From NCBI GenBank assembly GCA_030017685.1, contig JASEHH010000007.1:1824-65823 (forward strand): 64,000 bases of DNA, read 5' to 3'. This document shows, one piece after another, positions 1 through 8,312 of this stretch. The notes under the pieces are model-generated. The model ran no database searches and was not told the DNA's origin. It saw only the letters and a program-made list of their open reading frames with translations. The translations under genes were made by a program, and so were the position numbers. This stretch comes from Thermodesulfobacteriota bacterium. Lineage in GTDB: Bacteria; Desulfobacterota; BSN033; UBA1163. Every line of letters starts with the position of its first letter. Position 1 is the first letter of the stretch.

Positions 1-598
1 CTAAAATAGGGGTACGAACAACACCAGGGCATAAGACACTAACACGGGCTCCCATCTGGGCGGCTTCGGCCCGTAGTGATAGTGAAAGGCCTACGACTCC
101 ATACTTGGTTGTCGCATAGGCAACCGCTCCTGGTGAGACCATAAGTCCAGCCATTGAAGCAGTATTTACAATATGTCCGAATCCCTGGGCCATCATAATC
201 TTATAGGCTGCTTGGACACCATTTATCACCCCACGGAGATTGACATCTACAATTTGATTCCAATCTTCGATGCCGTAATGGCAAACGTTGCCACCGATTG
301 CAATTCCCGCATTGTTGAAAATGTAGTCTAATCGACCAGTACGATTGATGGTTTCTTGGACGAGCTGTTCCATCGCAGAGAAATCCGTTACCTCTATTTT
401 CACCGCCGTTGCTTTGCCTCCGGAAAGGCGGATTTCTGAGGCGACTTCTTCTGCCAATTCAATCTGAAGATCAGCCAATACCACCTCGCAGCCACGCTTC
501 GCTAATTCCTCAGCAAGGGCGCGACCAATTCCTGATGCTCCACCGGTGACAATCCCAGTGGCACCATCAAAAATACGAATCGTTTTACTTGATTCCAT
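1..598 (-). CDS. SDR family NAD(P)-dependent oxidoreductase (runs off the window edge)
   Basis: Manual translation from ATG at 598: MESSKTIRIFDGATGIVTGGASGIG... with TGxxxGIG, NNAG and YxxxK (YATTK) motifs; absent from the ORF track because it has no stop in the window. Confidence 0.93.
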   Translation of the reverse strand, partial: MESSKTIRIFDGATGIVTGGASGIGRALAEELAKRGCEVVLADLQIELAEEVASEIRLSGGKATAVKIEVTDFSAMEQLVQETINRTGRLDYIFNNAGIAIGGNVCHYGIEDWNQIVDVNLRGVINGVQAAYKIMMAQGFGHIVNTASMAGLMVSPGAVAYATTKYGVVGLSLSLRAEAAQMGARVSVLCPGVVRTPIL

Positions 599-836
599 AG
601 TACCCCCTGAAAAGTATTAAGAAATAAACGCATCCACAAGGTGAAGAGATCGGTTAACATTAAGGGTTGAGCTGTCTCCCGCCTGCCCCGGTGGGGAAAC
701 GACTTTTTCTCCAGAGATGGTCTCATCGACGTCAGCAACCTTTTCCAGTAAGGTTGTTAAATGTGATATACACCAATTCTGATTATTAAGGAAGCGGAAA
801 TTTAAAGCACTTATGCTCACTCCTATCATCTGCGAC

Positions 837-909
837 AGTTTACCCCGATAGAAATAATGGCCCGCTCGGTTTCGAGTCGCAACGACTGGAATTTCTAACG
901 GGGTAAACT
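837..909. mobile_element. MITE-like element, ACCCCGTTAGAAA family, short copy
   Basis: 19-bp terminal inverted repeats AGTTTACCCCGATAGAAAT / ATTTCTAACGGGGTAAACT (18/19 match); same ends recur at 39765 and 41647. Confidence 0.75.
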
Positions 910-982
910 TGGATCTTCCTCGATTTTTCTGGTAACCCCAATTATTATCTCAGCCCCTCTGGAGTTAAAGGTGAGATTTTTC

Positions 983-1020
983 TTGACAAATAAATTTAGT
1001 ATGCTAAAGTTTAGCACATA
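983..1020 (+). promoter_or_regulatory. sigma70 promoter of marR operon with overlapping palindromic operator
   Basis: TTGACA 983-988; TGn-TAAAGT 1002-1010; overlapping palindromes TTTAG-tatg-CTAAA and GCTAAA-g-TTTAGC. Confidence 0.7.
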
Positions 1021-1040
1021 AAATATCATCCGAGGAGTTA

Positions 1041-1466
1041 ATGATGGCTGTTGAAGACCGGCTCATATTTTTAATTTCCAAGGTATATCAAAAGGTTATC
1101 ATAAATCTTCAAAAGGCTTTCTCAGAGGCTAATCTTGAGGTGACGCCGGTTCAGGCCATGGTACTCTTCTACCTTCAAAAGAAAGACGGTTCAAGTCTTA
1201 CGGAGATTAGCTCTGGTTTAATGTTAGAGAATCCGACTGTCACAGGCTTGATCGACCGATTGGAAAAATCAGGTTATGTGAAACGATCGGATCACCCCAG
1301 TGATCGACGTGTCTACCTGGTTTATCTCACTGAGAAAGGAAGCAGGGTAGCCAAGAGGGCATTGCCCATCATTAAGAGGTTAAACGAGCAAATAAAAGAA
1401 GGATACTCAGAGGAAGAGATTGAAAGCTTCAAAAAGGTATTGATCGGAGCATTTAATAAATTCTGA
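1041..1466 (+). CDS. MarR family transcriptional regulator
   Basis: 141 aa; TVTGLIDRLEKSGYV...DRRVYLVYLTEKG winged-helix motif; GAGGAG RBS. Confidence 0.95.
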   Translation: MMAVEDRLIFLISKVYQKVIINLQKAFSEANLEVTPVQAMVLFYLQKKDGSSLTEISSGLMLENPTVTGLIDRLEKSGYVKRSDHPSDRRVYLVYLTEKGSRVAKRALPIIKRLNEQIKEGYSEEEIESFKKVLIGAFNKF

Positions 1467-1480
1467 TCGGGAGGATCTAT

Positions 1481-2233
1481 ATGGAGAAGATATTCGAAGA
1501 GATGACGAATTTGTTCGCTCGAAATAATATTCCTATTTTCGGCATTACCAGCGCTAAGTCACTCGAAAACGAGCCTTCAGGTTACAGACCGTCAGATATG
1601 CTTGCTTCAGGAAAAAGCGTCCTCTGCCTGGGGATACCCGTTCCTAAAGGAATATTCAAATGTCAGGAAAAATCAGAATGGATGTATTGGAGGGCTGCCA
1701 ATATTTACTATCGAAACATAGATATGGTTTTGATGCAGGTTGCACGTATCATCGAAGAAAGAGGTGAAACGGCCGTCCCTGTCTTCGGGTGATTTCCTTA
1801 CGACGTCCTTGGTAAGGGCGATTTTTGGGAGTATATGAGTTTGGTCAGAATGGCTGAGGTGACGGGTATTGGGAAGATAGGAAAAAATGGATTGCTCTTC
1901 AATTCCAGATATGGCCCCAGGTTAATGCTGGGAGGAATTGTCACAACAGCATCCTTACCCGCAATAGCCTGGCCGGAGAAGGATGAGAAAGGATGTCCTG
2001 AAGATTGCTACATTTGCCAAGAACAGTGTCCGATTCAGGCTATTGATAAAAGTGGAAAGGTGGATAGAGTGGCGTGCATTAAGTATTCAATGAAAAGCCC
2101 TATCTTTACAAATTTCATGGAGACCGCCAGCGCCGGTTCAGAAGACATTCAGATGATCAACCACCTGACAGCAGTGGATGACCACTCCATGTATCGTTGT
2201 ATTCGATGCGTCTCGGTCTGCCCTTATCTGTGA
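1481..2233 (+). CDS. QueG/epoxyqueuosine reductase-like Fe-S protein, putative selenoprotein (TGA at codon 104)
   Basis: ORFs 1481-1792 and 1835-2233 are in the same frame, separated by one TGA (1790-1792) and 14 sense codons; joined 250 aa has GIGKIGKNGLL-YGPRL and CxxxCxxCxxxCP / CxxCxxxCP motifs. Confidence 0.8.
1793..1830 (+). promoter_or_regulatory. candidate bacterial SECIS element
   Basis: Hairpin CGTCCTT-GGT-AAGGGCG (1804-1820) begins 11 nt after the TGA and has a G-leading apical loop. Confidence 0.7.
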
Positions 2234-2259
2234 ATCTTTTTTATTAAGGAGAACGTGCT

Positions 2260-4488
2260 ATGAGCGAATGGCAAAAAACATCTTGTGTGCTGTGTTGTAA
2301 TAATTGCGGCCTTGAAGTCATCACCGAGGGCAGCAAGATTGTAAAGGTCAGGGGCGAAAAAGAAAATCCACGGTCACAGGGTTATCTTTGTAGAAAAGGA
2401 GTGAACATCGCCTATTTTCAAAATAACCCGGAGAGACTGAGATTTCCTCTGAAACGTGTTGGAGACCACTTTGAACGTATTTCTTGGGATCAGGCTCTGG
2501 ATGAAATAGCGGATAGACTCAGAGAAATGGTCCAAACCCATGGACCCCGCTCCATAGCTTACATGGGTGGAGGCGGCCAGGGTTGCCATTTTGAAGCAGC
2601 CTTCGGGGTTCGTTTTTTGAATGGGTTAGGTTCAAAAAATCATTATAGCCCCCTGGCCCAGGAGCTTACCGGGTTTTTCTGGGTGAGTGGCAAAGCATTT
2701 GGCCGCCAGAATATGCATTCCTTCCCCGATATCAACGGTTCAGACTTCCTTGTCTTCTGGGGAGCCAATCCCATGGTAAGCCACGATATACCCAATGCGC
2801 CGTCGGTGCTTCGCAACAAGAAAAAGGATCCTAGTTTCTTAATGGCTGTCATCGACCCGAGAGTGTCGGAGACAGCCAAACTTGCCGACATCCATCTACG
2901 GCTCAGGCCAGGGACAGACGCCCTGTTGTTCAAAGCAATGATCAAGATTTTGCTGACCGAGGGGCTTGTGGCCAAAGAATATCTATCAACTCAAGTCAAT
3001 GGTTTTGAAGCGATTCGAAGCTGGTTTGATGATGTAGAGGTTGAAGAAAACTGCCGTGTTTGTGGATTGGATTCAAATGCTGTCCGGGAATTCGCTCGGC
3101 TCTTTGCCACTCGGAAGACTGCCATGCGCAGTGACCTTGGCATCCTGATGGGACGGCACAGCACTCTTAATTCTTATTTGGAATTGATTTTGCTTACATT
3201 AACAGGCCGCATAGGAGCCAAAGGTGGCAACGTCTTTTTGGGTCATCTGATGCCAATGGGATCCCATACGCCGGAAGAAGATCCCAAAACATGGAAAACC
3301 CTCATGACAAATATTCCATTAATCATGGGGGTCTTCCCGCCCAACGTCATGCCTGAAGAGATCGATAACGATCACCCTCAGCGCATCCGCGGACTGATCG
3401 TCAGCGGCTCAAATCCCTTACGGTCTTACGCTGACACAAAGGCCTATGAGAAGGCTTTTGCAAAACTGGATCTCCTGGTCACCATCGAGGTCGCCATGAG
3501 TGAAACGGCTCTGCTATCCCATTATGTTTTGCCGGCCAGGTCAGGCTATGAGAAATGGGACGGCACATTTTTCCAATGGGGGTATCCGGACTACTATTTT
3601 GATATGCGCCGTCCTGTTGTGCAACCCGATGGAGAGCAGGTGGAGGAAGCGACCATCTTCGTAGAGCTCGCTCAAAAGTTGGGAATGATCCCGGATTATC
3701 CATCCAAACTTCGAGACCTGGCCAAGGACCGACTAAGTTTCGGCCTTGCGTTGATGGAATATATTCATGCTAATCCAAATGCGGAGCCGTGGTTACCTTA
3801 CATTTTGGCGAAGACCCTTGGGGAGGAATTGGGATCTAAAAATCTGTCTGCACTCTGGGGACTACTGGCACGATTTCCGATGATGCATCAAGAGGATGTT
3901 GCCCGCGCCGGTTACAAGGTGAGTCCTCTCACAGGAGAAGAAATATTTAGAAAGATCCTGAACACCCCGGGAGGCGTTAAGATCGGAGCAGTAGATTCGG
4001 AAAACAACCTTTCCGTGCTGAAGACCCCTGATAAGAAAATCCACGTCCATTTCCCTGAGATGGAATCATGGTTAAAAGAGGTAACACCTTCAGCCGAGGA
4101 GGCCCAATTGTTGAACAAAGATTATCCCATGGTTCTGATAGCCGGAAACCACATGGAGATGGTGGCTAATACCATCATGCGTGACCCGGCCTGGAATGAA
4201 GGAAGGCGTCCCTGCACCCTGCGGATACACCCAAAAGATGCAAAGGAGTTAGGAATTGACGATGGGGATTTCGCCCTTGTTGAGACCGAAGCAGGATCCA
4301 TCAGGATTGAAGCGGAGGTGACAGAGAGTTCATTCCAAGGCCAGGTTGTCATACCCCATGGCTTCGGGCTTGTGCACGGCGGAGAGGTACACGGAGTCAA
4401 TGTGAACCAGTTAGCTCCAGCGAAACACCGGGACCGTCTGGCAGCCACACCGCTCCATCGTTATATTCCCTGTCGAGTGACCAAATAA
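2260..4488 (+). CDS. molybdopterin-dependent oxidoreductase (DMSO reductase family)
   Basis: 742 aa; N-terminal CxxCxxxC...C Fe-S motif, IDPR and LRPGTD motifs, C-terminal dinucleotide-binding domain (IHPKDA...PHGFG); no Tat signal. Confidence 0.93.
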   Translation: MSEWQKTSCVLCCNNCGLEVITEGSKIVKVRGEKENPRSQGYLCRKGVNIAYFQNNPERLRFPLKRVGDHFERISWDQALDEIADRLREMVQTHGPRSIAYMGGGGQGCHFEAAFGVRFLNGLGSKNHYSPLAQELTGFFWVSGKAFGRQNMHSFPDINGSDFLVFWGANPMVSHDIPNAPSVLRNKKKDPSFLMAVIDPRVSETAKLADIHLRLRPGTDALLFKAMIKILLTEGLVAKEYLSTQVNGFEAIRSWFDDVEVEENCRVCGLDSNAVREFARLFATRKTAMRSDLGILMGRHSTLNSYLELILLTLTGRIGAKGGNVFLGHLMPMGSHTPEEDPKTWKTLMTNIPLIMGVFPPNVMPEEIDNDHPQRIRGLIVSGSNPLRSYADTKAYEKAFAKLDLLVTIEVAMSETALLSHYVLPARSGYEKWDGTFFQWGYPDYYFDMRRPVVQPDGEQVEEATIFVELAQKLGMIPDYPSKLRDLAKDRLSFGLALMEYIHANPNAEPWLPYILAKTLGEELGSKNLSALWGLLARFPMMHQEDVARAGYKVSPLTGEEIFRKILNTPGGVKIGAVDSENNLSVLKTPDKKIHVHFPEMESWLKEVTPSAEEAQLLNKDYPMVLIAGNHMEMVANTIMRDPAWNEGRRPCTLRIHPKDAKELGIDDGDFALVETEAGSIRIEAEVTESSFQGQVVIPHGFGLVHGGEVHGVNVNQLAPAKHRDRLAATPLHRYIPCRVTK

Positions 4489-4505
4489 GTGAAGGGCTTT
4501 ACAGG

Positions 4506-4649
4506 TTAGCGTAGGGTCTCAATAATCACTTTACAATCCGTTCGTGGTGAGCATGTCGAACCATGAACGGAACCCCTCGATATAGTTCACCCTTCGACGA
4601 ACTCAGGGCGAACGGGATATGTAAAGAAGTGTTAGACGCACTACACCAG
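4506..4649. mobile_element. MITE-like shell enclosing a REP-like doublet
   Basis: Imperfect outer inverted repeats (TAGCGTAGGGTCTC..CTTTACA / TGTAAAG..GACGCACTACACCAG) around CCGTTCGTGGTGAGCATGTCGAACC...CCCTTCGACGAACTCAGGGCGAACGG (4538-4615). Confidence 0.6.
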
Positions 4650-4691
4650 TCATCATGGCAGAATGAACAAGTTGTGCCCCCTTTTTTATGA

Positions 4692-4720
4692 TTGACACCT
4701 TCTTTGGGATTAGGTAGATT
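4692..4720 (+). promoter_or_regulatory. sigma70 promoter
   Basis: TTGACA-17 nt-TAGATT upstream of the SCP2 gene. Confidence 0.6.
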
Positions 4721-4762
4721 CCAGTCAGAAAATTTGTTCAATAAGAAATGAGGAGGGCCAAC

Positions 4763-5083
4763 ATGACAATAAAGGAGATCTTTGCCGAAATGCAGAAGAG
4801 GATGGATGCCAACCCTGGGAAGCTTGGAGGAATCAAGGCTGTGTTTCAGTTCGAGATCAGTGGAGCTGACCCCGGGAACTACTTTGTGGCTATTGGTGAT
4901 GGCAGTGCTAAGGTCAATGAGGGCGCTTCGGTTTCGCCAAACGTCACAGTTACCATGGCTTCCAACGACTTTGCTGACATGGTTGAGGGCAGGCTCGACA
5001 GCGTCGCCGCCTTTATGGGGGGGAAGCTTAAGGTGAAGGGCGATACGATGTTGGCGATGCAGCTGCAGAGCTTGCTCAAGTAA
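4763..5083 (+). CDS. SCP2 sterol/lipid-binding domain protein
   Basis: AFMGGKLKVKGD signature; ATG 4763 follows AGGAGG. Confidence 0.92.
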   Translation: MTIKEIFAEMQKRMDANPGKLGGIKAVFQFEISGADPGNYFVAIGDGSAKVNEGASVSPNVTVTMASNDFADMVEGRLDSVAAFMGGKLKVKGDTMLAMQLQSLLK

Positions 5084-5148
5084 AGTCGCTTGCAATAAGA
5101 AAAAAGGTTCTTCCGGCTTTTGTGTGGGTGCTTTCCCCCTCTTAAGTG

Positions 5149-5199
5149 TAACCCCCCTCTATTCCCCCCTTAAATTAAGGGGGGAATAGAGGGGGGTTA
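5149..5199. repeat. perfect 51-bp palindrome (REP-like) directly upstream of DUF559 gene
   Basis: TAACCCCCCTCTATTCCCCCCTTAA-A-TTAAGGGGGGAATAGAGGGGGGTTA, 25-bp arms. Confidence 0.95.
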
Positions 5200-5209
5200 A
5201 TGGGGAGTT

Positions 5210-5587
5210 ATGAAATTCCTTCGGAATGATCCAACATTAAAGCAACGGAGACAGGAGTTGAGGCGTAATCAGACTGAAGCAGAGAAGGCCCTTTGGGCAC
5301 ACCTGCGAAACAAGCAGTTCTATGGAATAAAATTTTTTCGCCAATACAGCATCGGGTATTATATTTTAGACTTCTACTGTCCGACCATGAAACTCGCAGT
5401 AGAATTGGACGGTGGACAACACAACCAGTCCGAGAGTAAGGAGTATGAGGCAGTTCGTTCAGAATATCTGAGGGCGCAAGGAATTGAGGTAATGCGGTTT
5501 TGGAACCATGAGGTATTGCTTGATATGGAAAGCGTCCTGTCTGAACTGGGGCTGAAAGTAACCCCTCCACACCTCCCCTTAACATAA
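5210..5587 (+). CDS. DUF559 / Vsr-like endonuclease domain protein
   Basis: LRRNQTEAEKALW...KFFRQ...YILDFYC...AVELDGGQH...RFWN pattern. Confidence 0.92.
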   Translation: MKFLRNDPTLKQRRQELRRNQTEAEKALWAHLRNKQFYGIKFFRQYSIGYYILDFYCPTMKLAVELDGGQHNQSESKEYEAVRSEYLRAQGIEVMRFWNHEVLLDMESVLSELGLKVTPPHLPLT

Positions 5588-5597
5588 AGGGAGGTTA
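5559..5597. repeat. degenerate REP-like palindrome overlapping the DUF559 3' end
   Basis: TAACCCCTCCACACCTCCCCTTAACATAAAGGGAGGTTA resembles the 5149 palindrome and encodes the last codons. Confidence 0.7.
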
Positions 5598-5924
5598 CCC
5601 ACTCAATACACGGATGAACCAGAAGCAACAGCTTTTCTTGATTCTTCCTGAAATTCACAATCGGCGATTTTGCAAAGCATGTTTGATTTAAATCAATCAT
5701 GATGGGTACCTCTTTTTCTTGACACACAACCCTCTTTTTCATAAACTCAACTCACCACAAAGTGAGGTCTTTTCAGCATTCGTGAAAAGTTCGGACGAAG
5801 CATTACGGACACGGTTGCAAGAGATCATGATGGTAAGTCATCAGAAGGTGTGAAAAAATTGGTGCACTGTGCCTCGGCCTACAGGGTTGGGAGTGAAGAC
5901 GATTGAAGAGAAGGAGGCGCTAAT

Positions 5925-7160
5925 ATGGCGAGATTGAAGGAAGTGGTGGTTGTGGATGCGGTGCGGTCTGCTATTGGCAAATCGGGGTGGAAGGGAATGG
6001 AGAAAGGCGGCCAGCTCTGCCAGGCATCCGCTCAGGATCTCATGGCCAACACCCTCCGGGGATTACTGGGAAGGGTCCATTCTCGGTGCCCCAAATTCAA
6101 TGAAGCGGAGATTGAAAACGTGATCATTGGATGCCTGAGCCAAATCGGGGAGCAAGGCTCCAATATTGGGCGCATCGCATCACTCCTTGCCGGGATCCCC
6201 AAGGAGGCGGCGGGCTGCACAGTAAACCAGTACTGCAATGGCGGCCTCAAGGCTATCACCATCGCTGCGCACGAGATCATGGTGGGGGAAGGGGACATCA
6301 TGATCTGCGGGGGCGTGGAGATCATGTCCCACTACGGCATGATGTCCGACATTCAGGCAGCGATGCAGGCAAATTATCCAGTGCGAATGTCTTCTCGCCT
6401 CATGGAGAGCGGCATGACCGTGCCCCAGGGAGTCTGCGCCGAAATGATCTCTGCGGACCAAGGGCACACCCGGGAGGACCTGGAGCGCTTTGGCATGTGG
6501 AGTATGCAGAAGGCTGTCGAGGCCGAGCAAAAGGGGTGGTACTCAGATCATATAGTTCCATTCGAGTTCACCTGGGAGGGTATGACCCGTAAAGTGGAAA
6601 AGGACGAAGTCCTTCGGCCAAAGGCGGTTACGGACCCGGAAGCCTATCTCCAAAACCTCATGACGCTTCCTACGCCGTTCAAGGATAACGGGCTCGTCAG
6701 CCCGGGCAGTTCTTCGCAAATCGTGGATGGGGCTTCTGCGGTTCTACTCATGAGCGGTGCCAAGGCCGAGGCATTGGGACTCGACCCCCTATGCAGAATC
6801 GTAGCTTGTGCCGTAGCAGGAGGTGCGCCCGTGCCAATGCTTCTGGCGCCTATTCCGGCCGTGAGGAAAGCCCTCGAGCGGGCTGGCAAGACCATTGATG
6901 ACATGGACATTATCGAGCCCAACGAGGCATTCGCCTCCCCGTTGCTCCAGTTTGCAGACGAGCTGGGCTACGACCGATTAGATCCAAGAGTGAATCCGAC
7001 GGGTGGCGCCATTGCTCTGGGCCATCCCATTGGTGCGACCGGGGCCATATTCTTCGGAGAGATGGTCCACCACCTTAAGCGCACGGGCGGGAAAGCCGGC
7101 ATCCAGATGCTCTGCGGTGGTGGAGGAGTGGGTATTGCCGCCGTGGTAGAAGCCGTTTGA
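5925..7160 (+). CDS. acetyl-CoA C-acyltransferase (thiolase)
   Basis: NQYCNGG nucleophile region, NEAF, GHPIGATG and CGGGGVG motifs. Confidence 0.95.
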   Translation: MARLKEVVVVDAVRSAIGKSGWKGMEKGGQLCQASAQDLMANTLRGLLGRVHSRCPKFNEAEIENVIIGCLSQIGEQGSNIGRIASLLAGIPKEAAGCTVNQYCNGGLKAITIAAHEIMVGEGDIMICGGVEIMSHYGMMSDIQAAMQANYPVRMSSRLMESGMTVPQGVCAEMISADQGHTREDLERFGMWSMQKAVEAEQKGWYSDHIVPFEFTWEGMTRKVEKDEVLRPKAVTDPEAYLQNLMTLPTPFKDNGLVSPGSSSQIVDGASAVLLMSGAKAEALGLDPLCRIVACAVAGGAPVPMLLAPIPAVRKALERAGKTIDDMDIIEPNEAFASPLLQFADELGYDRLDPRVNPTGGAIALGHPIGATGAIFFGEMVHHLKRTGGKAGIQMLCGGGGVGIAAVVEAV

Positions 7161-7334
7161 TAGCCGGAAGACAACTTCTTGTGGTCTTTTATCTTTGTGT
7201 CACCGCTGGCTATTTCTACTCTCCGGTCTGACATCTGCCCGCAGCGCTTGCGCGGCGTGAGGTCTATAGTCTTACTGTCTGAATCACAGATTACTTCGCC
7301 AGATGATTAGAAAAGATGAAGGAGATGAGATAAA

Positions 7335-7835
7335 TTGAAAGAATTGTCCTTCAGCGAACAGAAAGACCTTCTGATCAAAGGTTGGATGTCTCATGATGCC
7401 AGGTGGTTTATGGCCGTGGCAGAGCGTTTCGGCACCGAAGAGGCGAATCGATTGAATCAGAAAGTGTGCAGGGAATTGGGAAAAGTAGAGATGAAACGAT
7501 TCATGAAGGCTTTTGGATTATTACCCCCTCAGACCGTTCATGAACATGTGAGGATGAATGATGCAGCGATCTCCCTCTATGGGCCAGATCTCATCGAATA
7601 CGACATCAAGGTTCTGGATCATCAATCCTATGAGATGCGTATCAAGAGATGCTTTGCTCATGAAAATGTGGTGCAGGCAGGAATTAAGGATCAATATCAA
7701 TGTGGCATCCTCGCAAGGGTCCAGGGGTGGATTGACGCCCAGGGGTTAGAGCACGAACTTACTCCATCCTTGGGCAAATGCATGAAAGTCTTAAGGAAGG
7801 AATGCAGTTATACGATCACACTTCGTTTTCATTAG
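7335..7835 (+). CDS. DUF6125-like / V4R-related small-molecule-binding protein
   Basis: WMSHDARWFMAV N-terminus and four spaced Cys; TTG start after GGAG. Confidence 0.55.
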   Translation: MKELSFSEQKDLLIKGWMSHDARWFMAVAERFGTEEANRLNQKVCRELGKVEMKRFMKAFGLLPPQTVHEHVRMNDAAISLYGPDLIEYDIKVLDHQSYEMRIKRCFAHENVVQAGIKDQYQCGILARVQGWIDAQGLEHELTPSLGKCMKVLRKECSYTITLRFH

Positions 7836-7851
7836 ATGAGAAGTGGAATGG

Positions 7852-7880
7852 TGTAACCTTTCGGGGGTCATTTCCGTCTT
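7852..7880 (+). promoter_or_regulatory. ECF sigma-type promoter
   Basis: TGTAAC-17 nt-CGTCTT upstream of the AhpD-like gene and ECF sigma gene. Confidence 0.6.
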
Positions 7881-7909
7881 ATATACAAAAATAAAAGGAG
7901 GAAAGGACC

Positions 7910-8170
7910 ATGGACGAAAAATCAAAACTCTTGATCTGTTTAGGAGCAGCCACAGCAGCGAACTGTACCCCTTGTTTTGAGCACTACTTTGGAAAGGCCA
8001 AAGCTGGAGGTCTAAAAAATGAGGAAATTCAAGAGGCCGTCGATCTTGCCAGTCAGGTCAAAAAAGGAGCCCATTTGGCCATAAAGAATTGTATCAATGG
8101 TCTCATGGGTGAAGAAAAGGAGTATGCCTTGCCATGCGATAAGCAGGCCAGCAAATCATGCTGCGGATAA
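7910..8170 (+). CDS. carboxymuconolactone decarboxylase / AhpD-like protein
   Basis: AANCTPCFEHY CxxC motif, EEIQEAV, C-terminal SCCG; AGGAGG RBS. Confidence 0.88.
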   Translation: MDEKSKLLICLGAATAANCTPCFEHYFGKAKAGGLKNEEIQEAVDLASQVKKGAHLAIKNCINGLMGEEKEYALPCDKQASKSCCG

Positions 8171-8215
8171 TTTATTAAGGGGAGCGTAATATTGCTTAGA
8201 TAAAATCAATCTTCC

Positions 8216-8268
8216 TGTAGGGCAGGTCTTTAGGCCTGCTCAAAGCAAGGCTAAAGCCTTGCCCTACA
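8216..8268. repeat. GTAG-family REP doublet
   Basis: TGTAGGGCAGGTCTTTAGGCCTGCT..AGCAAGGCTAAAGCCTTGCCCTACA, inverted pair starting GTAG. Confidence 0.75.
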
Positions 8269-8312
8269 AGATGTAATCTATTTTATGATCCGAGCGGAAA
8301 GCAGGACTTAAG

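Noticed and set aside
652..762. attC-like site (GGTTAAC ... GTTAAAT)
   Set aside because: Core boxes are present but inner pairing is poor, and there is no integrase or cassette array; a second partial look-alike near 10143-10167 is also incomplete
502..829. Short minus-strand ORFs 502-738 and 617-829
   Set aside because: No recognisable motifs; the first overlaps the real SDR gene in another frame
1790..1792. Genome-wide UGA recoding (genetic code 4 or 25)
   Set aside because: Many intact genes here end normally in TGA (marR, thiolase, aroC), so any read-through must be site-specific
5374..5742. 122-aa minus-strand ORF
   Set aside because: Mostly antisense to DUF559 and no family recognised; may be a remnant but cannot be supported
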